This document shows, one piece after another, positions 20,277 to 29,486 of a stretch of 48,581 nt of DNA. How positions within the stretch are numbered: position 1 is the first letter of the stretch; every line of letters starts with the position of its first letter. The notes under the pieces are model-generated. The model saw only the letters and a program-made list of their open reading frames with translations, had not been told where the DNA came from and did no database searches. Position numbers and translations under genes: made by a program. Source of the stretch: Deltaproteobacteria bacterium. GTDB lineage: Bacteria; Myxococcota_A; UBA9160; SMWR01. The DNA lies in contig JAQBHB010000004.1 of assembly GCA_032128115.1 (NCBI GenBank), forward strand, positions 1-48,581, in the 5' to 3' direction.

Positions 20277-20789
20277 GTGAAAAGCCTACAAATGCTTCGA
20301 GAGTTCGCGCGGCTCGAGAAAAAGCGCGAGGGGGAAGGTCTATCCCTTCGCGAACTCGAGCGGTGGAGCGCACTCGACGATGCACTCCGCACGGAGTTCA
20401 AGAAGCAGGGTGCGGCCGCAAAGCCCGAAGATCGCCGCGCCTCCCGGCGGGTCGCCACCCTGCTGAGCGTTCGATTCCAGTCCCTGGGCGAGGCGCGCCA
20501 CAGCCTGATGACCAACGTCTCCAGGGGCGGCGTCTTCATCTACACCGAGACCCCCGCCGAGATCGGCACCCGCATCGAACTGAAGATCAGCATCGACGAA
20601 AATGGTTCCGAGATCGTGGTGCCGGCCGAGGTCATGACCCAGAACCTGGCGCCCGACATGAGCAGCACCAGCCAGGGCATGGGGCTCCGCTTCCTCGACA
20701 TGGACGAGCCGACCCGCAAGCAGGTCGACGAGCTCTATGGCCGCGCCGCGGCGACATCCGGGAACCTCGAGAAACCCGGCAATGCCTAG
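20277..20789 (+). CDS. PilZ domain protein (TIGR02266-like)
   Basis: RRASRR (RxxxR) and NVSRGG (D/NxSxxG) motifs, GMGLRF. Start uncertain (20256/20277/20292). Confidence 0.85.
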   Translation: MKSLQMLREFARLEKKREGEGLSLRELERWSALDDALRTEFKKQGAAAKPEDRRASRRVATLLSVRFQSLGEARHSLMTNVSRGGVFIYTETPAEIGTRIELKISIDENGSEIVVPAEVMTQNLAPDMSSTSQGMGLRFLDMDEPTRKQVDELYGRAAATSGNLEKPGNA

Positions 20790-20846
20790 TTCTCCAGTTC
20801 GATGAACCGCGCGCGCCTGCGGCGTTGCGGGGTACCCTGCGCCGCG

Positions 20847-21842
20847 ATGGCGCAACCGACCCGGGTCGAACAGCTGCAGACGCCGGCGCTCGTGGTCGAC
20901 GCCGAGCGCTTGGACCACAACCTGGACACCATGTCCGCGGCCCTGCCCGGAGGCCGGCTGCGCCCCCACGTGAAGGCCCACAAGTGCACCGCCCTGGCCC
21001 GTCGGCAGCTGGAGCGCGGCCACGCGGGTCTCACCTGCGCCACGATTCGCGAGATGGAAGGCCTGGCCCGGGCCGGCCTGGGCCAGGACCTGCTCCTGGC
21101 CAACGAAGTCCTGGACACGAGCCGGCTCGCCGCCCTCGACGCACGCGTCACCGTGGCCATCGACTCGGAGGCCACGCTTGCGGCCGCGGTCGCAGGCGGC
21201 GTGAGCGAGGTGCTGATCGACGTCAACGTGGGGCTCCCGCGCTGCGGCTGCGATCCCGAACGAGCCGAGTTCCTGGCCGAACGCGCGCGCCTGCGCGGTC
21301 TCTCGGTGCGCGGCGTGATGGGCTACGAGGGCCACGCCATGCTGATCGAAGACCGCGGCGAGCGCGCAGGCCGCGTGGCCGAAAGCATGCAGATCCTGCG
21401 CCGGGTGCACGAGCGCGTGGGGGGGGAGGTGATCTCGGCGGGAGGCACCGGCAGCTTCGACCTGAATCCGGTGGCGAGCGAGATCCAGGCGGGCTCCTAC
21501 GCCCTGATGGACACGGCCTACGCGAAGCTCGGACTGCCGTTCCAGCCGGCGCTGTCGCTGCTGGCCCGCGTGGTCTCCGTCTCGGAGAAGTACGCCGTGG
21601 CCGACTGCGGCCTCAAGGCCCTGGGCATGGACCACGGCAATCCGCAGGTCGAAGGCGGCAGCGTCTGGTTCTGCTCAGACGAGCACCTGACGTTCGCTCC
21701 CAAGGAGGCCGTGACCGTGGGCGATCGGGTCCGCGTCTGGCCGGCCCATGTGGATCCCACCGTCGCCTACCACGAGCGCCTGCACGTGGTCGCGGGCGAC
21801 CGCATCCTGGACGTCTGGGACGTGGATCTCCGCGGCTGGTAG
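20847..21842 (+). CDS. PLP-dependent alanine-racemase-fold enzyme (D-threonine aldolase/DSD1-like)
   Basis: TPALVVD, RPHVKAHK, GVMGYEGH, EIQAGSYALMD, SDEH, HVDPT. Confidence 0.85.
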   Translation: MAQPTRVEQLQTPALVVDAERLDHNLDTMSAALPGGRLRPHVKAHKCTALARRQLERGHAGLTCATIREMEGLARAGLGQDLLLANEVLDTSRLAALDARVTVAIDSEATLAAAVAGGVSEVLIDVNVGLPRCGCDPERAEFLAERARLRGLSVRGVMGYEGHAMLIEDRGERAGRVAESMQILRRVHERVGGEVISAGGTGSFDLNPVASEIQAGSYALMDTAYAKLGLPFQPALSLLARVVSVSEKYAVADCGLKALGMDHGNPQVEGGSVWFCSDEHLTFAPKEAVTVGDRVRVWPAHVDPTVAYHERLHVVAGDRILDVWDVDLRGW

Positions 21843-21893
21843 CGACCCGCGGGGGTTCACCCGGGGCCCGGTTCATCCGATAGGCGGGGTCGC

Positions 21894-23375
21894 ATGGCTG
21901 CCGCCTCCGTATCGCTGATGGGACGCCTGGCCGTCCACCTGAAGATGATCAGCATGGACCAGCTGGCCGAGGTGACCCGCGCCCAGGCCCGGGGCGCCGG
22001 TCGCAGCCTGGGCGACATGTTGGTGGAGGGCGGCTACATCACCGTCGATCAGCTGGCGAAGCTGGTGGCGACCCAGAAGCAGGTGATCGCCAAGCAGAGG
22101 GCCCAACAGGCGGCAGCCGCGGTCGGCGAGCCCCAGGTGGCTCCGGCAGCCGGAAACGGCGCGGCACCGCCCGCCGCTCCCCCGGCTTCTACGGTCCGGC
22201 CCAATGGCGGAGTCGCATCCCAGGCCCGCCCCGCGCCCGCGGCACCCCCGACACCCGAGCCGGTGCCCGACCCCACGCCCCCGGTGGCGATCGTCTCGGC
22301 CATTTCGCTCCCCGAACCTTCCGCTGGCGAGTGCGAGACCCTGCAGCGGGTGCTGCGCGAAGCCTTCGAGCGCGGCGCCAGCGATATCCATGTGCACGGC
22401 GGCGACGCCATCCGCATCCGGCTCGCCGGGAGGCTCGGCGAAGGGCCGGCGCTTCCGGGCGGTCAGACCCTCGATGGCGTGGCCCTCGCGTCCCTGACGC
22501 CCGAACAGCGTCACGTTCTCGCCACCACCGGCCAGCTCGACTACTCCTACGTGCTCGACGGGGTGGCGCGTTTCCGCGCCAACGCCTACCGGCAGCACCG
22601 GGGAATCGACGCCGTGTTCCGCTCGATCCCGATCGAGCCGCCCACGCTCGAAGAGCTGGGCCTGCCCCAGTCGCTGGCGCGCTTCACGAACTTCCACCAG
22701 GGCATGGTGCTGGTGACGGGCCCCACGGGCTGCGGGAAATCATCGACCCTGGCTGCGCTCGTGAACCTGGTGAACGAGGAGCGCAACGAGCACATCATCA
22801 CGATCGAAGACCCCATCGAATGCGTGCACGTATCCAAGCGCTCGCTGGTGAACCAGCGCAGCGTGAAGCGCCACACCGAGTCGTTCGCACGCGCCCTGCG
22901 GGCCGCCCTGCGCGAGGACCCGGACGTCATCGTGATCGGCGAGCTGCGGGATCTCGAGACCATCTCACTGGCGATCACTGCCGCCGAGACCGGCCACCTG
23001 GTGATCGCGAGCCTCCACACCGAGAACGCCATCCGCACGGTGAACCGGCTGGTGGGCGCCTATCCCGCCGACCAGCAGAACCAGATTCGAACCATGATCG
23101 CCGACTCGCTCAAGGTGGTGATCTCCCAGCGCTTGATTCCCACCGCCGCCGGCGATTCACGGGTGCCGGCGATCGAGATCATGGTGGTCACGAAGGCCGT
23201 GGGAAACCTGGTCCGCGAGAACAAGACCTTCCAGATCCACTCGATCCTCCAGACCGGCGCCTCCCAGGGCATGGTCCTGCTCGACGACTCCATCAAGCGC
23301 CACGTGCAGGCTGGAACAGTGACCCAGGCAGAGGCCCTCAAGCACTGTCAGGACCCCAAGAGCATGGTCAGGTGA
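21894..23375 (+). CDS. pilT: PilT/PilU-family ATPase with N-terminal MshEN-like domain and Pro/Ala linker
   Basis: GASDIH, GPTGCGKSSTL, TIEDPIE, ALREDPDVIVIGELRD, AAETGH, AVGNLVRE (AIRNLIRE-like). Confidence 0.85.
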   Translation: MAAASVSLMGRLAVHLKMISMDQLAEVTRAQARGAGRSLGDMLVEGGYITVDQLAKLVATQKQVIAKQRAQQAAAAVGEPQVAPAAGNGAAPPAAPPASTVRPNGGVASQARPAPAAPPTPEPVPDPTPPVAIVSAISLPEPSAGECETLQRVLREAFERGASDIHVHGGDAIRIRLAGRLGEGPALPGGQTLDGVALASLTPEQRHVLATTGQLDYSYVLDGVARFRANAYRQHRGIDAVFRSIPIEPPTLEELGLPQSLARFTNFHQGMVLVTGPTGCGKSSTLAALVNLVNEERNEHIITIEDPIECVHVSKRSLVNQRSVKRHTESFARALRAALREDPDVIVIGELRDLETISLAITAAETGHLVIASLHTENAIRTVNRLVGAYPADQQNQIRTMIADSLKVVISQRLIPTAAGDSRVPAIEIMVVTKAVGNLVRENKTFQIHSILQTGASQGMVLLDDSIKRHVQAGTVTQAEALKHCQDPKSMVR

Positions 23376-23394
23376 CGGACCCGGAGGCCGACGG

Positions 23395-24465
23395 ATGGCA
23401 CAGCTCGACGAATACCTGACGATGCTTCGCGACCGCAGCGGGTCCGACCTGCACATGGCAGCGGGCGGGCCGCCGCGCATGCGATGCCGCGGCTCGCTGG
23501 AGCCCATCGAAGGCCGCGACACGCTCAGCGACGAAGCGATCCGGGTGGTGATGCGCGAGGTGGTCACCGATCGTCAGTGGCACGACTTCGAGGCCTGCGG
23601 CGACCTGGACTTCGCCTACAGCGTGGCCGGTGTGGCCCGCTTCCGCGGCAACTACCTGATGCAGGAGAAGGGCGCCGCGTTGGTGTTCCGGATCATTCCC
23701 GAGGAGATCCTCACCACCGAGGACCTGGGCCTGCCGGCAGCCATCGGAAAGCTCGCCGATCTGGAGAAGGGCCTCGTGCTGGTGACGGGCCCCACGGGCT
23801 CGGGAAAATCCACCACCCTGGCCTCGGTGATCGACCGCATCAATCGCGAGCACTCGCGCCACATCGTCACGATCGAGGATCCCATCGAGTTCGTGCACCA
23901 GAACCGCAAGTCGGTGCTCTCGCACCGGGAAGTGGGCGACCACACGGGAAGTTTCTCGGCGGCACTGCGCGCCGCGATTCGTGAGGACGCCGACGTGATC
24001 CTCGTGGGCGAAATGCGCGACCAGGAAACCATCGCACTGGCCATCACCGCTGCGGAGATGGGTCAGTTGGTGTTCGGCACGCTCCACACCAGTGGCGCAG
24101 CCAAGACCATCGACCGCATCATCGACGCGTTTCCTTCCGACGAGCAGAACCAGGTGCGTATCAGTCTGTCCGAATCGCTGGCGGGAGTGGTGTCACAGTT
24201 GCTGGTTCCCACCGCCGACGGCAAGGGCCGCTGCGCGGTGCACGAGATCCTGCTGCGCAACACGGGCCTGGCCAACATCATCCGCGAGGGCAACACGCCC
24301 ATGTTGAATTCGATGATCCAGAGCGGAAAGGGCGAGGGCATGATCAGCATGGACGACTCCCTGTGGGCGGCCCTCGAGGCCAAGAAGATCCTGCCCCAGG
24401 ACGCGTTCGCGAAGGCGACGAACAAGAGCCGCTTCGAGGCCCACCTGCCGGACGACCCGAGCTAG
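23395..24465 (+). CDS. pilT: PilT/PilU-family type IV pilus retraction ATPase
   Basis: GSDLH, GPTGSGKSTTL, TIEDPIE, VGEMRD, GTLHT, LANIIRE. Confidence 0.9.
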   Translation: MAQLDEYLTMLRDRSGSDLHMAAGGPPRMRCRGSLEPIEGRDTLSDEAIRVVMREVVTDRQWHDFEACGDLDFAYSVAGVARFRGNYLMQEKGAALVFRIIPEEILTTEDLGLPAAIGKLADLEKGLVLVTGPTGSGKSTTLASVIDRINREHSRHIVTIEDPIEFVHQNRKSVLSHREVGDHTGSFSAALRAAIREDADVILVGEMRDQETIALAITAAEMGQLVFGTLHTSGAAKTIDRIIDAFPSDEQNQVRISLSESLAGVVSQLLVPTADGKGRCAVHEILLRNTGLANIIREGNTPMLNSMIQSGKGEGMISMDDSLWAALEAKKILPQDAFAKATNKSRFEAHLPDDPS

Positions 24466-24499
24466 TTCCGTCCGACCCGAGCTAGTTCCCTTCGACCCG
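24453..24499. repeat. 20-nt period tandem repeat (~2.3 copies) spanning the pilT stop codon
   Basis: CGACCCGAGCTAGTTCCGTC / CGACCCGAGCTAGTTCCCTT / CGACCCG. Confidence 0.85.
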
Positions 24500-24527
24500 G
24501 TATGGTCTCGGGCGGAGGTCTCCCGCT

Positions 24528-25694
24528 TTGAAGCGCGTCCTCGGGCTCCTGGTGTTCCTGGCCATCGTGTCGGCGATCGTGCTGGGCTCGCACCTGTACC
24601 TGGCCCAGCGTCTGGTCTTCGACACCGGTCTGGCGGACCCCTGGCGCAGCCTGGCCGTGGGGCTGCTGGTGGTGCTCGCCGTGAGCGTGCTGCTCGAGCC
24701 GGTGGCCCAGCGCTATCTGGGGCCTCCGGGTTCGCGCCTGCTGGCCTGGCCCGCCGCGATCTGGATGGGCCTGTGGTTCTTCCTGGTGCTGGCCCTGGCT
24801 GCAACCGATGGCGTGCGCTGGCTGGTGGGAAGCAGCGCCCTGGCGGCATCCGGTGCCCCCGCCTCGATTGGTTCGGGCGCCGCGCTGCGCGGGGCGGCCG
24901 TGGTGGGAGTAGCCCTCGGGCTTTCGGGGGTGGCGCTCTTCTCGGGCCTGCGCTGGCCCACCGTGCGTCGGGTCGAACTGCGGCTCGCGCGCTGGCCCGG
25001 CGCCCTGGACGGCTTCCGCATCGTCCAGATCAGCGATCTGCACATCGGACCCATCCTGGGGCGGCGTTTCGCCCGGGAGGTCACCGCGCGAGTCAACGCC
25101 CTCGATCCGGACCTGGTGGCCGTGACCGGCGATCTGGTGGACGGGCCGGTGGAGCGCATCGCCCACGACGTTGCGCCCCTGGCGGATCTCCGGGGTCGCC
25201 ACGGCGTCTTCTTCGTGACCGGCAACCACGACCACTACTCGGGCGCCGACGCCTGGGCCGCCAACGGGCGGCGTCTCGGGTGGCAGGTGCTGCGCAACGA
25301 GCGCACCGCGATCCGGGTGGGTAGCGCGGTCTTCGACCTGGTGGGTGTCGACGACCACCGAGGCGACTGGCTCGACGACGGCGGCGAGGACCTCGACAAG
25401 GCCTTCGACGGGCGCGACCCTGGCAGACCCGCCGTGTTGATGGCCCACGATCCCTCGACGTTCAAACGCGCGTCGGGCCGGGGCATCGACCTGCAGATTT
25501 CGGGACATACCCACGGTGGACAGATCTGGCCCTTCGGGTACCTGGTGCGGCTTGCGATTCCGTACGTGGCGGGGCGCTACCGCAAGAACGGCGCCGAACT
25601 CTACGTGAGCCGGGGCACCGGGTTCTGGGGTCCCCCCATGCGGCTGGCGGCGCCGGCCGAGATCACCGAGTTGATCCTGAGGAGTGAGACATGA
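24528..25694 (+). CDS. Membrane-anchored metallophosphoesterase (YkuE-like)
   Basis: N-terminal TMs; SDLH, TGDLVD, GNHD, AHDP, SGHTHGGQ, SRGTG. Confidence 0.9.
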   Translation: MKRVLGLLVFLAIVSAIVLGSHLYLAQRLVFDTGLADPWRSLAVGLLVVLAVSVLLEPVAQRYLGPPGSRLLAWPAAIWMGLWFFLVLALAATDGVRWLVGSSALAASGAPASIGSGAALRGAAVVGVALGLSGVALFSGLRWPTVRRVELRLARWPGALDGFRIVQISDLHIGPILGRRFAREVTARVNALDPDLVAVTGDLVDGPVERIAHDVAPLADLRGRHGVFFVTGNHDHYSGADAWAANGRRLGWQVLRNERTAIRVGSAVFDLVGVDDHRGDWLDDGGEDLDKAFDGRDPGRPAVLMAHDPSTFKRASGRGIDLQISGHTHGGQIWPFGYLVRLAIPYVAGRYRKNGAELYVSRGTGFWGPPMRLAAPAEITELILRSET

Positions 25695-26902
25695 TCGAGT
25701 GGAGTGAGCAACACCTGATGATCCGCGACGCGGTGCGCAAGTTCGTCGAGGCGGAGATCGCACCTCATGTGGAGGAGCTCGAGCACGGCGACATGCCGCC
25801 CTACGACGTGTTGCGGAAGATGATCTCGACCTTCGGCATGGACGAGATGGCGCGCACGCGCTTCGAGAAGGCGATCGCCCGGGAGAAGGAGGGCGGCGCC
25901 CCCGAGGCGAACAGCGAGGGGCGGGGCGACGGCGCTGCCATGGCGCTGATCCCGATCATCGAGCTGTGCCGCTACTGCCCGGGCATGGTTACCGCCATGG
26001 GCGTCAGCATGGGGCTCACCGGTGCGGCCATCATGTCCAAGGGCAGCCTGCGCCAGAAGCAGCGCTGGGGCCTCGATCTGCTGACCCTGAACAAGATCGG
26101 CGCCTGGGCCATCACCGAACCCGGCTCGGGCTCGGACGCCTTCGGCGGCATGAAGTCCACCGCGCGCCGTAGCGAGGGCGGCTACCTGCTCAATGGCAGC
26201 AAGACCTTCATCACCAACGGGCCCTACGCCGACACCATCGTGTTCATCTGCAAGCTGGAAGAAGAGGGCGTCGAGCCCAGAGATCGCAAGGTGCTGACCT
26301 TCGTGCTGGACAAGGGGATGAAGGGCCTCACCCAGTCTGGGCCCATGCGAAAGATGGGCATGCACTCCTCGCCCACGGGCGAGCTCTTCCTGCAGGACGT
26401 ATTCGCCGAATCGGATCGATTGCTTGGCGAGACCGAGGAGTCGCGTGCGCGCTCGGGCGCCAAGGACTCCTTCCAGATGGAGCGCTCGGGGGTGGCCGCC
26501 ATGGCGCTGGGCATCGTGGGGCGCTGTCTGGAGCTGTCGGTCGCGTATGCCAAGGAGCGCGTGCAGTTCGGGCGCCCCATCGGGGAGTTCCAGCTGATCC
26601 AGGAGAAGATCGCGCGCATGGAGGTGGCCCGCATGAACCTCCAGAACCTGGTGTTCCGCACCATCGAGGTCTCCAGCACGGGAGGGCGCCTCAGCCTGGC
26701 CGAGGCCTCGGCCATGAAGCTCTACGCCGCTCGCGCTGCCGTGGAGGTGGCCATGGAGGCCGTGCAGGTCTACGGCGGCAACGGCTACATGTCCGAGTAC
26801 CCGGTGGAGCAGCTGGCCCGCGACGCCAAGGTGCTGCAGATCTACGCGGGCACCGACGAGATCCAGATCTCGGCCATCGCGCGCGAACTCCTGTCCGCGT
26901 GA
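25691..26902 (+). CDS. Acyl-CoA dehydrogenase
   Basis: AITEPGSGSDA, LNGSKTFITNG, RVQFGRPI, GGNGY, IYAGTDEIQ. Confidence 0.95.
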   Translation: MIEWSEQHLMIRDAVRKFVEAEIAPHVEELEHGDMPPYDVLRKMISTFGMDEMARTRFEKAIAREKEGGAPEANSEGRGDGAAMALIPIIELCRYCPGMVTAMGVSMGLTGAAIMSKGSLRQKQRWGLDLLTLNKIGAWAITEPGSGSDAFGGMKSTARRSEGGYLLNGSKTFITNGPYADTIVFICKLEEEGVEPRDRKVLTFVLDKGMKGLTQSGPMRKMGMHSSPTGELFLQDVFAESDRLLGETEESRARSGAKDSFQMERSGVAAMALGIVGRCLELSVAYAKERVQFGRPIGEFQLIQEKIARMEVARMNLQNLVFRTIEVSSTGGRLSLAEASAMKLYAARAAVEVAMEAVQVYGGNGYMSEYPVEQLARDAKVLQIYAGTDEIQISAIARELLSA

Positions 26903-26912
26903 GCGCGACGCC

Positions 26913-26980
26913 GTGATTCGATCTTGGCTGTGATGCGATCTTGGCTGTGATTCGATCTTGAGTGTGATTCGATCTTGAAT
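26913..26980. repeat. 17-nt tandem repeat x4
   Basis: GTGATTCGATCTTGGCT / GTGATGCGATCTTGGCT / GTGATTCGATCTTGAGT / GTGATTCGATCTTGAAT. Confidence 0.95.
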
Positions 26981-28045
26981 GGGCGGTCGCTTGCCACGGC
27001 CGGGCTCGCGCTGGCCGCGAGCGTTCTGGCCCTGGGCCTGGCAGAGTCGACCCTGCGCGTGCTTGCGCCGCCCGCCGCGTCGATCATCGACTACCCGTGC
27101 ATCTACTCCCCGGACGAGCGCTTCGGCTTCCGCTACCGGCCCGGAGCGGTGGGTCACGTGGCGGGTCACTTCGAAATCGACAACACCGTGCAGATGAACT
27201 CCCTGGGCTTCCACGACGCGGAGCCCCTGCCGCCTGGCGCTTCGGATCTGGTGGTGTTGGCGGTGGGCGATTCCTTCACGGCGGGGCTCAACCTTCCGCG
27301 CGACCAGGTCTGGACGGCGGTGCTGGAGCGCGAACTCCGAGCGCTCGGGTTCGCGTCGGCGGACGTGATCAACCTGGGCCTGGACGGAACCGGAACCGAC
27401 GTGCACCTGGACCTGCTGCGAGCGCACGCGCCGGCGTTCCCGCCCCGGGTGGTGATCGTGGCCTTCTACGCCAACGACCCGGACGACGTCGCGCACGGGC
27501 GCTTCACCCGCGAGTGCCACCGGGGCTACGTGCTCTCCTACCAGAGCGAGTTGCAGCGGGCAGTGCTCGAGCAGCGCGTGGACGACCACCTGGAGCGACG
27601 TCTGGCCGGCTGGGCCTTCGACCATTCCTACGGGGTGCGCCTGGTCGTCCACGCTCTACAGGGCCCCCTCAACCTGTTTCGACTGCGCTTCGTCCAGACC
27701 CGCCGAGCCGACCTGGGGATCGACGAGGCGCGCGTGCGTGAACAGGCGGCGCAGCTGCGCGCCGCCTTCGCGGGGCTCGAAGCCTTCGCCCGGGAGTGCG
27801 ACTGCCGCGTGGTGATCGCCCCGGTGCCGCCGCGCCGCAGCCTGGATGGCAGCCGGCGCGTCCTGGGCCGCTGGCTGGGAGACGCCGCCCTGCCGGTGGT
27901 GGACGTGGTGCCCGCGATGGAGCGGATGCTGGCCGAGGACGGCCGCACCCCGGCCGACCTCTTCTGGGTACACGACAACCACCTGAATGCCTACGGGAAC
28001 CGCCTGTTCGCCCGGGCCCTGGCCCAGGCGGATCTCTGGCGCTGA
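26975..28045 (+). CDS. SGNH/GDSL-family protein with N-terminal membrane anchor
   Basis: NSLGFHD, VGDSFTAG, INLG, NDPDD, DNHLNAYGN; start uncertain. Confidence 0.8.
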   Translation: MNGRSLATAGLALAASVLALGLAESTLRVLAPPAASIIDYPCIYSPDERFGFRYRPGAVGHVAGHFEIDNTVQMNSLGFHDAEPLPPGASDLVVLAVGDSFTAGLNLPRDQVWTAVLERELRALGFASADVINLGLDGTGTDVHLDLLRAHAPAFPPRVVIVAFYANDPDDVAHGRFTRECHRGYVLSYQSELQRAVLEQRVDDHLERRLAGWAFDHSYGVRLVVHALQGPLNLFRLRFVQTRRADLGIDEARVREQAAQLRAAFAGLEAFARECDCRVVIAPVPPRRSLDGSRRVLGRWLGDAALPVVDVVPAMERMLAEDGRTPADLFWVHDNHLNAYGNRLFARALAQADLWR

Positions 28046-28070
28046 ATCCCCGCCTCCTGCGCCCCGACTG

Positions 28071-28175
28071 CAGCAAAACTGCGCACTCCTGTGCCCGCTG
28101 CGGGTCAGCAAAGCTGCGCACTCCTGTGCCCGCTGCGGGGCAGCAAAGCTGCGCACTCCTGCGCCCGCTGCGGGT
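28071..28175. repeat. 35-nt tandem repeat x3 (no spacers)
   Basis: CAGCAAA[A/G]CTGCGCACTCCTG[T/C]GCCCGCTGCGGG[T/G] at 28071, 28106 and 28141, plus a degenerate partial copy near 28054. Confidence 0.95.
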
Positions 28176-28313
28176 CAAGCCGCGCCCGTCTCGATCCGAT
28201 AAGTCCAGACGAGGGGGCTCGCGACAGCGGTCGGGCGTTTCGGCTCGACATGGCGTGGCCCGCGAAATCGGGCCCGCAAGAGATCGCGACCCCGGCATGT
28301 GAGGAGCGATCGA

Positions 28314-28985
28314 ATGGCGAAGCCGACGCAGGGATCCCGAAGATCCGCGCCGTGGCACCGCAGGCTCGTGGGCCTCCTCCTTTTTCTCCTGCCCGCCGGC
28401 GTGATGGCTGGGTTGTTCGCGCCGGGCGTAGTGCGCGTGGTCGCGGAGAAGGCCGTCACCGCGGCCGCAAAGGGTGTCCCCCGCGGAAACGACTCCCGGA
28501 CCAGCGCCGCCGTCACCACCCCGCTTCGTCAATACGCGTTCGAGCCGAGCCTCCAGCCCAGCGACTTCGGCATTGGCGTGGCGACCCGCTTCCAGGACCT
28601 GGACCAGGTCTTCGTCGATCCGTACTACCGGCTCGATTCGGCCACCGGGCGCTACGCCCGGCTACTGGCCTTCCCGCGCAATCACGGCGACAGCATCGTG
28701 CTGGACGGCACGGAGCGTTACGCGGTGACCGGCGTGAGATTCCGCGACGCCCTGGGTGGGTCGGTGGCGGAGCCGGGCTTTGGCGACAAATGGGAGCCGT
28801 TCGCGCTGGGGAGCCCGATCCCCATGGGCGACGGCCTGCACTTCGACGATTTCCCGGGCTCGCACACCTTGCCCCTCCCCCCGCTGTTCCCGGTTCCCGA
28901 GCCGGGAACCGGCTCGCTCCTGGGAGTGGGTCTGCTGATGCTGGCCTGGCAGCGCCGGCCTCAGCGCCAGCCGACCGGATCGTAA
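28314..28985 (+). CDS. PEP-CTERM sorting-domain protein
   Basis: N-terminal signal/TM; C-terminal PVPEPGTGSLLGVGLLMLAWQRR; GAGGAG SD. Confidence 0.8.
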   Translation: MAKPTQGSRRSAPWHRRLVGLLLFLLPAGVMAGLFAPGVVRVVAEKAVTAAAKGVPRGNDSRTSAAVTTPLRQYAFEPSLQPSDFGIGVATRFQDLDQVFVDPYYRLDSATGRYARLLAFPRNHGDSIVLDGTERYAVTGVRFRDALGGSVAEPGFGDKWEPFALGSPIPMGDGLHFDDFPGSHTLPLPPLFPVPEPGTGSLLGVGLLMLAWQRRPQRQPTGS

Positions 28986-29389
28986 CCCCGCTCCCGCAGA
29001 CAGCGGTTCACGTAGGCGCGGTACACCGCATCCGGCTCGCGGCTGCGGAAGAGCCCGTGCATCATTTGACGGGTGGCTCCGGCGGCGGCGCCGATTGCGG
29101 CCCAACGACCGGCGCGGCCCGCCACCGCTCCGCCCGCCGCTCCCGTGGCGGCGCCAGTGGCGCCTCCGACCACTGCCCCTTCAGCCAGGTCCCCCGCGCC
29201 GCGGCCCGAGCCCACGTCGTCGGAGGCCAGCTCCAGGCAGGCGTCGACATCCTCCTTGGCGACCTGCTTGCCCACCCGGGACAGGTGCGAGTTGGGATAC
29301 AGCACGGGCCGGCTGGAGGCGCACCCCACGACGAGGGAGGCCAGCACGATTCCGACGATTCCGACGCATCCAACGCTCAGCGCCCGCAT
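28961..29389 (-). CDS. Glycine-zipper lipoprotein
   Basis: Lipobox LVVGC, PVLYPN, GAVVGGATGAATGAAGGAVAG, CLRERGY. Confidence 0.8.
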   Translation of the reverse strand: MRALSVGCVGIVGIVLASLVVGCASSRPVLYPNSHLSRVGKQVAKEDVDACLELASDDVGSGRGAGDLAEGAVVGGATGAATGAAGGAVAGRAGRWAAIGAAAGATRQMMHGLFRSREPDAVYRAYVNRCLRERGYDPVGWR

Positions 29390-29486
29390 GCGCACCCAAG
29401 CTAGTCCACGAATTCCAACCCACCACGCGGGCGTCGGTTGCGGATCCGCTGGCGGAGCTGTCCAGGGGCCGCTACCCGCTTGGGGC

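Noticed and set aside
19718..20789. Toxin-antitoxin pair
   Set aside because: The gene after the RHH-like protein is a PilZ protein with no toxin signature.
26913..26980. Plasmid iterons or replication origin
   Set aside because: No rep or par gene, DnaA boxes or AT-rich unwinding element; context is chromosomal.
28071..28175. CRISPR array
   Set aside because: The 35-nt units are contiguous with no unique spacers, and no cas genes are present.
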